NCBI RefSeq assembly: GCF_006345805.1
Contig: NC_043002.1
Span: forward strand, 37,386,001-37,450,000
DNA length: 64,000 nt
From: Octopus sinensis
Taxonomy: Eukaryota
Direction: 5' to 3'
Positions 13,081-24,430 of the stretch are shown here, piece after piece. A model generated the notes under the pieces. It saw nothing but the letters and a program-made list of their open reading frames with translations, ran no database searches and was not told the origin of the DNA. Within the stretch, counting starts at the first letter, position 1. The number at the start of each line of letters is the position of its first letter. A program made the translations under genes and the position numbers.

Positions 13081-13822
13081 GTATGCAAGTAATAAGTGAT
13101 AGATTTATCCCCCAATTAAGTAAAGGATTCATATCTAAAGCTTAAGCTTAATATAATTTATTCCTCCCTAATGTTAAATATGCTACCTTTTATTCTCAGT
13201 TGGTCACAGAAGTAGTGACTGGTGGAAAAAAAATGTGTTAATAGGGGGGAATGCTGCATTTCCTGTAACGACAATTGGTGAAACTATAAAATCCATTAAC
13301 AGGTGTGAGAAAACTATCCTCCATCAATTGGATATAGAATGCATCAGTTAAAGGAGTAAATTTAATCTGATGGAGAAATTACATGAATATTTCCTCAACA
13401 GTTAATGATTAATCCTAACTGGAATGGCTTCAAATACATGTGGAAGCAACAACAGCTTATTTGATTAGTCACTACCATTATTTACTCATTATTTATTTAT
13501 TTATTTATCTATCTATTTATGTATTTATTCATATTTATTTATTTATTTATTTATTTATTCATTTACGTTTTTCAGTTATACCAGTAACGAATTACAATCT
13601 CGTGTCTGAAATCATGAGGTGAAAACTATTTGAAAGAAACTGAGCTGAAATACTTGTGTGGGTGGATGAATAAATAAATAAATGAATAAATAAATATGCG
13701 CGTATGTTTGTATATATGTGTATATGCACATGTATATATGTACGTGTGTATGAACATATATATACATATATATATTTGTGCGTTTATAAGGCATACCAAT
13801 ATACATACATTATATATATATA

Positions 13823-13877
<55 letters not shown>

Positions 13878-14078
13878 CATATATATATATATATATATAC
13901 ATACATACATATATATCTATATACATACATATAGATGCAAATTCATATGCACACACATATCTATATATATGTATAAATGTATAGAAGGAGTTATAATCGA
14001 GGTTGTGTCATTGTGAAGCATTTCTGCACTTTTAGTAATCAAATGTATGAATATGGATATATCTTATTTTAAATGCAG

Positions 14079-14120
14079 CACACATACCAGCTGAAGGTTC
14101 TGGTGAATCATATTTGCAGA
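14079..14120 (+). CDS. Candidate 42-nt exon (HTYQLKVLVNHICR or HIPAEGSGESYLQ)
   Basis: Acceptor tcttattttaaatgcag, strong donor GA|gtaagt. Frame not resolved. Confidence 0.4.
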
Positions 14121-14249
14121 GTAAGTATATATTTAAACACTGACTGGAAGTTTGGGAATATTATTAATTCCATGTTACACATGTTTCATTACTGTATAGA
14201 AAATACCTTATAAATATAAAATCAGCATTGATAATAATAATAATAATAT

Positions 14250-14466
14250 TCTTTTATACTCTAGGTACAAAGTCTGAAAGTCTTAGGGAGGGGGCCAGTT
14301 GATTAGATCGACCTCAGTATGCAACTGGTACTTAATTTATTGATCCTGAAAGGATGAAAGGCAAAGTTGACCTTGGTGGAATTTGAACTCAGAACATAAA
14401 GACGGATGAAATACCACTTAGCATTTCGCCTGGTGTGCTAACGGTTCTGCCAACTCACTGCCTTAT
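14250..14466 (-). mobile_element. SINE family C
   Basis: Reverse complement of the family C core and head. Confidence 0.8.
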
Positions 14467-14572
14467 TGATAATAATAATGTTGATAATAAAAATAATAAT
14501 AATACTGTAAATATAATATATTATATTATAAATAAATATATTATATTATATAATAAATTGATAATCTATATA

Positions 14573-15010
14573 GGCGTAGGAGTGGCTGTGTGGTAAGTAG
14601 CTTGCTTACCAACCACATGGTTCTGGGTTCAGTCCCACTGCATGGCACCTTGGGCAAGTGTCTTCGACTATAGCCTCAGGCCAACCAAAGCCTTGTGAGT
14701 GGATTTGGTAGACAGAAACTGAAAGAAGCCCATCATATATATGTATATATATATATATATATATATGCATATATATACATATATGTACGTGTGTGTATAT
14801 GTTTGTGTGTGTGTGTGTTTGTCCCCCCACCTCAACATCACTTGACAACTGATGCTAATATATTTACATCCCCATAACTTAGCGTCTCGGCAAAATAGAC
14901 TGATAGAATAAGTACTAGGCTTACAAAGAATAAGTCCTGGGGTCGATTTGCTCGACTAAAGGCAGTGCTCCAGCATGGTCACAGTTAAATGACGGAAACA
15001 AGTAAAAGAG
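14573..15010 (+). mobile_element. SINE family B, full length (tRNA head, CCTTGGGCAAGT CORE-like domain, internal (TA)n(TG)n, 3' module)
   Basis: Colinear with copies at 21128, 36164, 43206 and 45205. Confidence 0.9.
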
Positions 15011-15254
15011 AATTCCGTAGATTCAAAAATAATATTATTATGATTTAGGTTATATTATTTACATGATTTTTGTTTTGAATATCTGCCTGAGAAATTATGG
15101 ACAGGAGACACTATACATGTTTTCAACATTTATATATCTATGAATATATATTTTTTATAATAGTAGCAGGGGTGGGCTTAGTGGCTGTAGCAGCTGTAGT
15201 AATGGCAACAAATGCTTTAGTATCTGTAGTGGTCGCAATAGCACAAGTTTGTAA

Positions 15255-15575
15255 TCTTTTCTCTCTTACAGTGGTTAAGACAAGGTTGGTATTTGGTCAT
15301 GGATGTTTCTTTGTTGATGGGTTGTTGTTGTGATGTGACATCAGAAAATTGACATAAGAAGATTGTAAGATTTTGTTGTTTCTTACTTGTGCATGTGTCT
15401 ACCAGTTCATTGTGACCTAAATTCTGTGTATTCTTTTGCTTAATTTGAAGTCTACACAAAGTCATGCATTGTCTTAGGAACCTTATGGTTTTCCCAATGT
15501 AGTTTTCTCCACATCGTAAACATGTTATTCTATAAAGTAGGTTTACAGATGCACATTTAAAGTTATTTTGTATAT
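15255..15575 (-). mobile_element. Penelope-like element fragment, GIY-YIG endonuclease region
   Basis: ORF 15217-15633 reads CASVNLLYRITCLRCGENYIGKTIR...KYQPCLN, the C-x-S-x-N-x-x-Y-x-I-x-C-x-x-C-G-x-x-YIG pattern of PLE endonucleases. Confidence 0.85.
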
Positions 15576-15836
15576 TGAAGAAATGTCGAGATCTCATACA
15601 TATAAGCATATGCATATAAACATATTTACACATTAATTCATATATGTATATGTATATACGAATGTGTGAGTGTATGCTTGTGTATGTGTGTTTAAATTTG
15701 GGCTACTCTAAAAATCGCTGAGATACAAGCAGTAACATTGTTGTCATACCAACCTCAGAACAAACAGTCCAATTGTAAAACAATGCTTCAATAATATATT
15801 CATCAAACCCATACTGGACAAATATACATATATACC

Positions 15837-16335
15837 ATCATCATCATCATCATCATCAGTTAACGTCTGTTGTTCATGCTGGCATAGGTTGGATGGTGTG
15901 ACTAGAACTGGCAAGCTCACGAGCTGCACCAGTCTCCAGTCTGATTTGGCACAGCTGGATGTCCTTCCTAATGCCAGTCACTTAATAGTGTGTACAGGGC
16001 ACCATACAAGCACTTTATGTGGTGTCACACAAGTGCTTTTAAATGGCACCACATGGTCACTTTTACAAAGCACAGCATGGGTGCTTTTACATGGTGATTT
16101 CACATGTCACTGCATAAGTGCTTTTCAGTGTCACTGATTGGTTGCTTTTATGTATACACACACACACATATATACTTACATCATCATCATCATCATCGTT
16201 TAACGTCCGTTTTCCATGCTCGCATGGGTTGGATGGTTTGGTCGGGATCTGGGAAGCCAGAAGGCTGCACCAGGCCCCAGTCTGATCTGGCAGTGTTTCT
16301 ACAGCTGGATGCCCTTCCTAATGCCAACCACTCCA
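15837..16335 (-). mobile_element. Two SINE family D copies (15837-16140, 16180-16335)
   Basis: (CAT)n followed by TTAACGTC...CAGCTGGATGCCCTTCCTAA. The first carries at least 5 degenerate GTGCTTTT units. Confidence 0.8.
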
Positions 16336-17422
16336 TGATATATATATATATAAATATCTACCTATCTAAATACATACACACACATATTTATGTATATCTA
16401 TCTATCTATCTATCTATATTTATATATATATATATATATCAACCAAAATAGTTGACTTAGGATATAGACACTTGGCATGTTTTATTGGAACTTACTGCTT
16501 CAGTTTTGGTTTCAGCTCAGAGAATGATATATGTAAATGTATTTGTATGAGTGTGTGTGTATTGTGCATGTGTGTGTACATATATATATATGTACATATG
16601 CAAATACATGCATACACACATACTCGTACACATACATACACAGAGACATACATACACAGAGACATACATACATACATACATACATACATACATACATACA
16701 TACATACATACATACATACATACATACATTACATGTTCTTTCATTCAATACTTTGGCTGAATCCCATAGCATTTTCCTCCTTAAGTGTATCAGTTAATAT
16801 ACAGTGGCTAAATATGTTCTCTCAGTTCAACTGAATGTATCTGTTCTTTACACACCATTTTTACAATTTTAATATTGTGTTACAGATATATAGTAAATCT
16901 TCTTTAGAGGGTATTATGTTATGATATATTGCAACACACCTGACACTGGCATCATATTCAATTTATCACTGGGATAATATAATTAACCCTTCGTATGAGT
17001 CACTTTTGAAAGCTTGTACTAAAAGATATAACATCTATTTTCTTCATTATTTTTTAAGGCAATGTAGAAGGCCAAAGTAATGTATATGAATTTGTTTCTA
17101 TTATTACATCGAAATAAATTAAGTCTTACCTCCAAGTAAATCACCAAGAAATGAAAATATGATATTAGCTGTTATAAATAGCAATAAAACATACATATTC
17201 ACGCACATTGATTTGATATTTATTAGAAAAAATACAGATGTAACTAGAGTTTTCTAAGCCAGTTACTATATGAGTTTTGACTACATATAATATAGATATT
17301 TTTATATTGACAATAAAAACTTTAAGAAAAACTAAAAAAATAAAACAAGAATAAGAGAAATATATTTTAAAAATTTTCTCTGCTCTCACACATAAATTGA
17401 AGGTTTTTACTTGTTAATACAG

Positions 17423-17443
17423 AAACTACTCGCCAGTCATTGA
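17423..17443 (+). CDS. Candidate 21-nt micro-exon (phase 2-2: NYSPVI[D])
   Basis: Acceptor tttttacttgttaatacag, donor GA|gtaagc. Phase-compatible with 20278, but a phase-1 reading is also open. Confidence 0.3.
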   Translation, partial: KLLASH

Positions 17444-18764
17444 GTAAGCTTTAGGTTAATGTAAGTCTAGACACTTTCTTATAACCTAGCAATTATCTGT
17501 CTTGCAAAAGGAAACTGCTGTCTTACAAAGAAACTATGGGTACTCAAATTTAGCATTTGTTGCATTGTATATGTCAAAACAACCAATATTGAAAGTCATG
17601 AACCCAATTTCTGAGGTATTTCTTCTTTGAGTGAGGCTGTTAACCACCAAAACATAATCAGGAGGTATAACGATCTAAGAATTTCATCATCATCATCATC
17701 ATCATCACCACCACCACTACCACTACCATCATCTAATATCTACTTTTCCATGCTTTCTTGGGTCAGGTGGAATTTGTTGAGGCTGATTTTTCTATTGGCT
17801 GGATACCCTTCCTGATGCCAACCCTTACCGGTTTCCAAGAAAGGTTATATTTCCCCATGGCTAGACATATTTTTCACAGAAAAGGCAGGAAATGAGCAGC
17901 ACTGCTTGTATGAGGATGATATTTGAGTCAAGGGTACACACACACAATATATATATATATGCATATATATATATATATATATATATACAACTTATAAACA
18001 AGGGCAAAAGAAAAAATTCTGATGCCAAATATGCCGAAAAATTTAACCTTTAAAGGTATTTTTTAATATGCTGGCCATTGATAGAAATTTTTTCAAAAAA
18101 TTTTATCCTATATTAGATATATATATATATATACTTATATATATTTTATATATTACATGTTATGCTAAGAAGTGGTGTGCAGTACCAGATTCATTGACTC
18201 AATCCAAATATAAGAAACTACTCCAAATTTTCAAGCCATATACTACTAATTCCATTCACTACTACAACCCTTAACCACACCTTGACACCTGGTTCATTTC
18301 ATCCCCATTCTCACCTCAAATTCTTGACCTTTTCAATCTGCTACTCTTCATCATTTTTTACTTAGATTTCTATGCAAACTAACAAAACTAACCTATTTTT
18401 TTTCAATACTATTCACTCATGCATCCTTTCATCCCTTCTCTCACTTTACATATTCTTCTGTTCCTTTCCTCTTATTTCTCTCTCCCCATCTGTCTTTCTC
18501 TCTCTCTCTCCAGATTTTCTCTCTCTCTCTCCCTCTGTATACATCTATCTTCCTAACCTGGTAGCTGATTTACTGCTCTAACCTAATATATTAAAATTTT
18601 ACATCAGTTTCTTCATATTTTTTAAATGCTTTATCTGAGTAAGGTTTACATAATGGATGGATTTCCTATTATAAATCATATCAAACCTGAAACGTACATA
18701 TTAAATGATTTCAAAATGTCGCTATTGGCTTTGACTTCATTATTATAACAATATTTATTCTTCT

Positions 18765-18960
18765 ATTCTTTTACTTGTTTCAGTCGTTTGACTGTGGCCA
18801 TACTGGAGCACTCCCTTTAGTCAAGCAAATCAACTCCAGGTCTCATTGTTTGTAAGCCTAGTACTTATTCTATAGGCCTCTTTTGCTGAACTGCTGAATT
18901 ATGGGGATGTAAACAAACCAGCATCAGTTGTCAAGTGATGTTATGGGGACAAACACAGAC
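18765..18960 (-). mobile_element. SINE family B 3' module
   Basis: Reverse complement of the family B tail ending in (CA)n. Confidence 0.8.
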
Positions 18961-19205
18961 ACACACACACACGCACGCACGCACACACACACACACACGC
19001 ACGCACGCACGCACACACACACACACACGCATACACACATAGTAGGTTGGCAAAAGAGAGTGATAAAATAGGTACCCCGCTTTAAAAATGTCCTGGGGTT
19101 AACTTGTTTGACTAAAACTCTTCAGAGTGATGCTCCAGCATGGCCTCAGTTAAATGACTGAAACAAGTAAAACATAATAAATAATATATATATATATATA
19201 TATAT

Positions 19206-19482
19206 AACAATTGCAGCGTGGAAGGTGTTTATAAGCCATTTAAGAAATACACGAAACCGTTAGATTCACTTCAATATTTAAATTTAATTTGTCAAAATAT
19301 TTTCATCACTTTGAGACCGCAACCTGTTCTCTGACAGAACTTCAAATCAAATTCAAATGTTGAAGTGAATCTAACGGTTTTGTGTGTTTCTTAAATGGCT
19401 TATAAACACCTTCCATGCTGCAATTGTTTTCGTTCCAGCACAAGATCTCAGATCAAGTCACTTGCTATGCAAGTACATCTCC

Positions 19483-19485
<3 letters not shown>
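19206..19485. mobile_element. Probable Penelope-like pLTR fragment with an inverted partial copy
   Basis: 74-bp inverted repeat (19206-19279 / 19355-19428). The right arm extends about 55 bp further. A hammerhead-like motif lies in the spacer. The PLE assignment is inference. Confidence 0.6.
19290..19336 (-). ncRNA. Degenerate minimal hammerhead-ribozyme-like motif (G3-C8 variant)
   Basis: TGTCA-GAGAACA-G-GTTGC-ggtctcaaa-GTGAT-GAAA-ATATTT-TGACA: 5-bp helix I and palindromic stem III. Position 4 is A instead of U and stem II has three wobble pairs. Confidence 0.45.
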
Positions 19486-19535
<50 letters not shown>

Positions 19536-20277
19536 ATAGATGTATATATGTGATTGGACAAATGAAAGAAAGCTGGTACTGAATACATTTGGTGAGAGCT
19601 ACATATATTATTTATTAATAGTTTGCTAAAATAGTCTGTACTTCTCAGAGCTGGATGGTAATGTACTACTCAGGCATTCTTGACTCACTCATCTCTTCTC
19701 TTCACCCTCACTGTGTTGACCCCAACACATGGCCCTCCACCCCCGGTAATCACTAATTCTGAGTTATTTTTTTTCTCAGACTGTCAGCTTTCTGGAAGTT
19801 CCATTTTGCACATGTCATACCTATATTCTTTTACTTTCATTAGTTTAAGTGGAATGTTAACATCATCAATCTGGCTAGTCTTGGAGGACCTGTCAAGGCC
19901 AAGATCACAGCTTCTTCTTACAGAAAAATCTAATAAAAAGTATATTGTGAATGTCTCAGCATTATTTTTCCATGATAATATCAATGGTGTATGTGCTGTA
20001 AAGTTTCTGTTTGTTTATGATAAAATATGAAAAAGCTACTTTATGTGAAGGCAGAAGGAGTCTACAATTTTCTGTTTGCAATACAGTAGCCCATATACAA
20101 CTGCTGTCATACTAAGATGTGAAAATCAGATTGTTCAATTTACGATCATATTAGTATATTATCAACAGAGACATCGAAATTCCACAAAATGGTACCCTAT
20201 TTCTATACCTTGTTTGTATTGCTGCTAATGTATATTCACAAATATTAAGACAGGTGCAACCAATTTATTCCTTACAG

Positions 20278-20316
20278 CGAAAGAGATTTTACAAATTTTC
20301 CATTTCCATTAGATGA
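20278..20316 (+). CDS. Candidate exon, phase 2-2 (ERDFTNFPFPLD[E])
   Basis: Acceptor atttattccttacag, donor GA|gtaagc, only one open frame. Confidence 0.5.
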   Translation, partial: RKRFYKFSISIR

Positions 20317-20940
20317 GTAAGCAGTTATTTCATTAATGTTACTGCTTCATATGAAATTAAATATGATAAATGAATCAAAACCCATCTATCTGTCTGTCTA
20401 TCTATCTATCTATCTATCTATTTATCTATCTGTCTATACATACATACATATGTAAAGATATATACATATATACCAATATATATATATGCACATACATACA
20501 CACACACATATAGATAGACAGGCAGATAGATAGATAGATAGATAGATAGAGAGGGAGAGAGAGAAAGAGAGAGAGAGAGATATACACTGGTTCATACTTG
20601 ATTTAAGAAAAAAATCAATTAAATCTTACATAATTCCTGTAGTCTCCTGAAATCACTTGAGGCTCCCAAGGTCAGGTCATATATGCAAATAAATCAATCA
20701 AGTACTAAGAAAAACGGTTAATTCCACAGACTAGAATGTGATAATGCTAAATTTATATAAATCAAATTGCATAAACTCGATTTCGGTTTTGCTGAATAAA
20801 GATTTAAACTTATCTATAGCTAAATAAATTGTATTGTCATGAACTGTCATGTTTTTGACAAATTGTCTGGTTATTCAAAGATATAGCCATGCCTGGTCTC
20901 AATTTTCTTAACACTTTTAAACCCTTGACTGCTGCTTTTT

Positions 20941-21291
20941 AGGTGTGGCTGTGTGATAAGAAGCTTGTTTTCTAACTACATGCCTCTGGGTTCAGTCCTA
21001 TGTGTGATGCCTGTCTTGGGGAAGTGTCTTCTACTGTAGCATCAGGTCGACCAAAGCCTTGTGAACGGATTTGTTAAATGGAGACTGGAAGAAGCCTATC
21101 ATATTTATATATATATATATATATATAGGCGCAGGAGTGGCTGTGTGGTAAGTAGCTTGCTTACCAACCACATGGTTCCAGGTTCAGTCCCACTGCCTGG
21201 CATCTTGGGCAAGTGTCTTCTACTATAGCCTCGGGCTGACCAAAGCCTTGTGAGTGGATTTGGTAGATGGAAACTGAAAGAAGCCTGTCGC

Positions 21292-21349
<58 letters not shown>

Positions 21350-21810
21350 TTGTGTGTCTGTGTTTGTCCCCCTAGCATTGCTTGACAACTGATGCTGGTG
21401 TGTTTACGTCGCCGTCACTTAGCGGTTCCGCAAAAGAGATCGATAGAATAAGTACTGGGCTTACAAAGAATAAGTCCCGGGGTCGATTTGCTCGACTAAA
21501 GGTGGTGCTCCAGCATGGCCGCAGTCAAATGACTGAAGCAAGTAAAAAAACAAAAAATATATATATATATATACATATGTGTGTGTGTGTCTTTTTGTCT
21601 GTGTTCGTTTCTCGCCACTGCTTGGCAACTAGTGTTGGTGTGATTATGCCTCTATAACTTAGCAGTTGAGCAAAAGAGACTAACTGAATAAGTACCAGAC
21701 TTAGCAAAAATATTGAATATTGGGGTCAATTCATTCAACTAAAATTTCTTCAAGGTGGTGCCCCAGCATGGCCCCAGTCTAATGACTGAAACAAGTAAAA
21801 GATAAAAGAT
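20941..21810 (+). mobile_element. Nested SINE B: young copy (21128-21547) inside the internal (TA)n of an older copy
   Basis: Older 5' half at 20941-21101 and older 3' half at about 21575-21810 flank the young full-length copy, with (TA)n at both junctions. Confidence 0.8.
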
Positions 21811-21959
21811 TCTGTTGTATCTTTTATTTATATTTCCACATATTCTCACAATAGTTTCATTATTTTCGTGGTGCACCTAGCTTTAATAAAAATGCGATGC
21901 ATTTTGTGCCTATTGCAAAAAAAAAGGCTTTGATAAAAGGTATTTATATATTTTAGCCT

Positions 21960-22300
21960 ACTGCATGACACCTTGGGCAAGTGTCTTCTTCTATAGCCTA
22001 AGGCTGACCAAAGCCTTGTGAGTGGATTTGGTTGACAGAAACTGAAAGAAGCCTGTCATATACATGTGTGTGTGTGTGTCTGTGTGTGTCTTTGTGTCTG
22101 TGTTTGTCCCCCCCCCCATCATTGCGTGACAACCAGTCATGTTGTGTTTATGTCCCCCATAACTTAACAGTTCAGCAAAGGGACCAATAGAATAAGTACT
22201 AAGCTTAAAAATAATTCCCGGGGTCGAGTTGTTTGACAAAAACACTTCAAGGAGGTGTTCTAGCATGGCCCCAATCAAATGATTGAAACAAGTAAACAAA
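21960..22300 (+). mobile_element. SINE family B, 5'-truncated
   Basis: Starts at CACCTTGGGCAAG and runs colinear to GAAACAAGTAAA. Confidence 0.85.
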
Positions 22301-22358
22301 TAAATAAACAAATAAAGAATTAGATTTGATAGAGGGATCTGAATGCTAAAGGGTAAAG

Positions 22359-22852
22359 CAATGGTTCTCAGTTGGGGTCCATATGGCCCTTGTGGGGTCC
22401 TTGTTGCTTAAATTTATGTCCAATCAATTAGTTATACATCTTCAATATACAAAATGCTTCAACTAATTCTTTAATTCAATTTCTCATTTCTTTATTGCCA
22501 AGGGGCTAAACATAAAGGGGACAACAAGGACAGACGAAGGAATTAAGTCGATTACATAGACCCCAGTGCATAACTGGTACTTAATTTATCAATCCTGAAA
22601 GGATGAAAGACAAATTTGACCTCGGTGGAATTTGAACTCAGAACCTAACGGCAGACGAAATACTGCTAAGCATTTCACCTGGAGTGCTAACATTTCTGCC
22701 AGTTTGTTGTCTCTTTAATTCAATTTCTAATGATACATAATTATAGAAATATAACAGGATTTTTTAAATAGCAAATGTCTATGAGGGTGCAGTAAAGTAA
22801 AATAGAAATCAAAGAGGTCCATAGGTAAAAAAAAAATGGTTGAGTAACACTG
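22359..22852. mobile_element. hAT (Charlie-like) MITE with a nested SINE C (22492-22705, minus)
   Basis: Ends CAATGGTTCTCAG / reverse complement CAGTGTTACTCAAC, subterminal GGGGTCC motifs, and 8-bp flanks GGGTAAAG / AGTTAAAG (6/8 identical). Confidence 0.65.
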
Positions 22853-23284
22853 AGTTAAAGAAATGCTATTTGCACAGGTAACTGTTAGCTGTTAGTTCTT
22901 GGCACAGAGAAAAAAAAAAACTATCCCTACTGAAATACAACTATACAATAATGAATGGTTCTGCTATGTGTGATTTGATGATAATGTTTTTAAATAAGCA
23001 TTTTAAAATAATCAAGTCAGATATAGATACAGCCTGTATTAGCAAGCCAGCCAGCTATTAGTTCTAATTTACTGTTAGAAAGATTTAATTTCCTATCATA
23101 ATGAATTTTGCATCTTCTCAGACATGTATCTTGCTTCAAATTCTCACAAACAAATTCCAGTTGCCAAGTGGCAAGAGACAAACACAGAAACAAAGAAATG
23201 CAAGCACAAACAGGCTACTGCACAGTTTCTGCCAACCAAATTTACTGACTAGGCATTACTTAGCTAGGGGTTATGCTTATACAT

Positions 23285-23775
23285 GGAGGCGCAATGGCTC
23301 AGTGGCTAGGGCAGCAGACTCGCTTTTCTATTCCCAGACCAGGCATTGTGAGTGTTTATTGAATGAAGACACCTAAAGCTCCACAAGGCTCCGGCAGGGG
23401 GTGGTGGTGAACCCTGCTGTACTCTTTCACCACAACTTTCTCTCACTCTTTCTTCCTGCTTCTGTCATACCTGTATTTCAAAAGGCCAGCCTTATCACAA
23501 TCTGTGTCACGCTGAATCTCCCAAGAACTACGTTAAGGGTACATGTGTCTGTGGAGTGCTCAGCCACTTGCATATTAATAAATGAGCTGTGACGTCACTG
23601 GTGCCAAGCTGTATCGGCCTTTGCCTTTCCCTTGGATAATATCGGTGGCATGGAGAGGGGAGGCAGGTATGCATGGGCAACTGCTGGTCTTCCATAAACA
23701 ACCTTGCCCAGACTTGTGCCTCAGAGGGTAACTTTCTATGTGCAATCCCATGGTCATTCATGACCGAAGGGGGTC
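23285..23775 (+). mobile_element. Chimeric SINE: 5' part of the 30928-type family joined to the family A-i tail
   Basis: 23285-23578 matches 30928-31233. 23580-23775 matches the reverse complement of 9398-9595. Confidence 0.8.
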
Positions 23776-24024
23776 ACAAGAAAAGATGCTTACACATGGT
23801 GCTCTGTACCATGAATCAAGTAGCTGTGAATCAAACTTCTTAGATATATCTCTTTCTCTATGACTATGTATCTGCCCGTGTGTATGTAGTTACATGTAAA
23901 TATATAAAAAATACTCCTCCTGCCTCATCATGCTCATTGCCATCATCATTGTTGCTATTGTCCTTGTTGTCATCTTTGTTGTTGTCATCATCATCATCAT
24001 CATCATCATCGTCGTCATCATTGT

Positions 24025-24430
24025 GAGCTGGCAGGGGCAAAATGCTTAGCAGCATTGTGTCAGTTCAAATTCTACCCAGGTTGACTTTGCCTTCCATCCT
24101 TTTGTGGTCGATAAATTAAGTACCTGTGGGAAACTGAGGTTGATGTAATCGACGAGTCACCTCCCCCAAAATTTCAGGCCTTGTGCCTTTAGTGGAAAGA
24201 ATTATTATTATTAAGGCAGCAAGCTAGCAGAACTGTTAGCATGCCAGGCAAAATGCTTAGCAGAATTTCGTCCATCTTTACGTTATGAGTTCAAATTCCA
24301 CTGAGGTCAGCTTTGCCTTTCATTCTTTCAGGGTCAATAAATTAAGTACCAGTGAAAAACTGGGGTTGATGTTATCGACTAGTCTCCTACCCTTAAATTT
24401 CAGGCCTTGTACCTATAATAGAATGGATTA
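24025..24430 (+). mobile_element. Two head-to-tail SINE family C copies
   Basis: GAGCTGGCAG head and family C core twice, separated by ATTATTATTATT, preceded by a (CAT)n array at 23940-24020. Confidence 0.85.

Noticed and set aside
13480-13695. (TATT)n and (AATA)n flanking a ~100-bp core as an inverted structure
   Set aside because: The complementarity is confined to simple repeats.
19784-20030. Open frames on both strands with plausible splice sites
   Set aside because: The core CTTGGAGGACCTGTCAAGG resembles 33420-33465 and the reverse complement of the RTE 5'-UTR-like piece at 42290-42400. More likely a repeat fragment, and it does not fit the exon phase chain.
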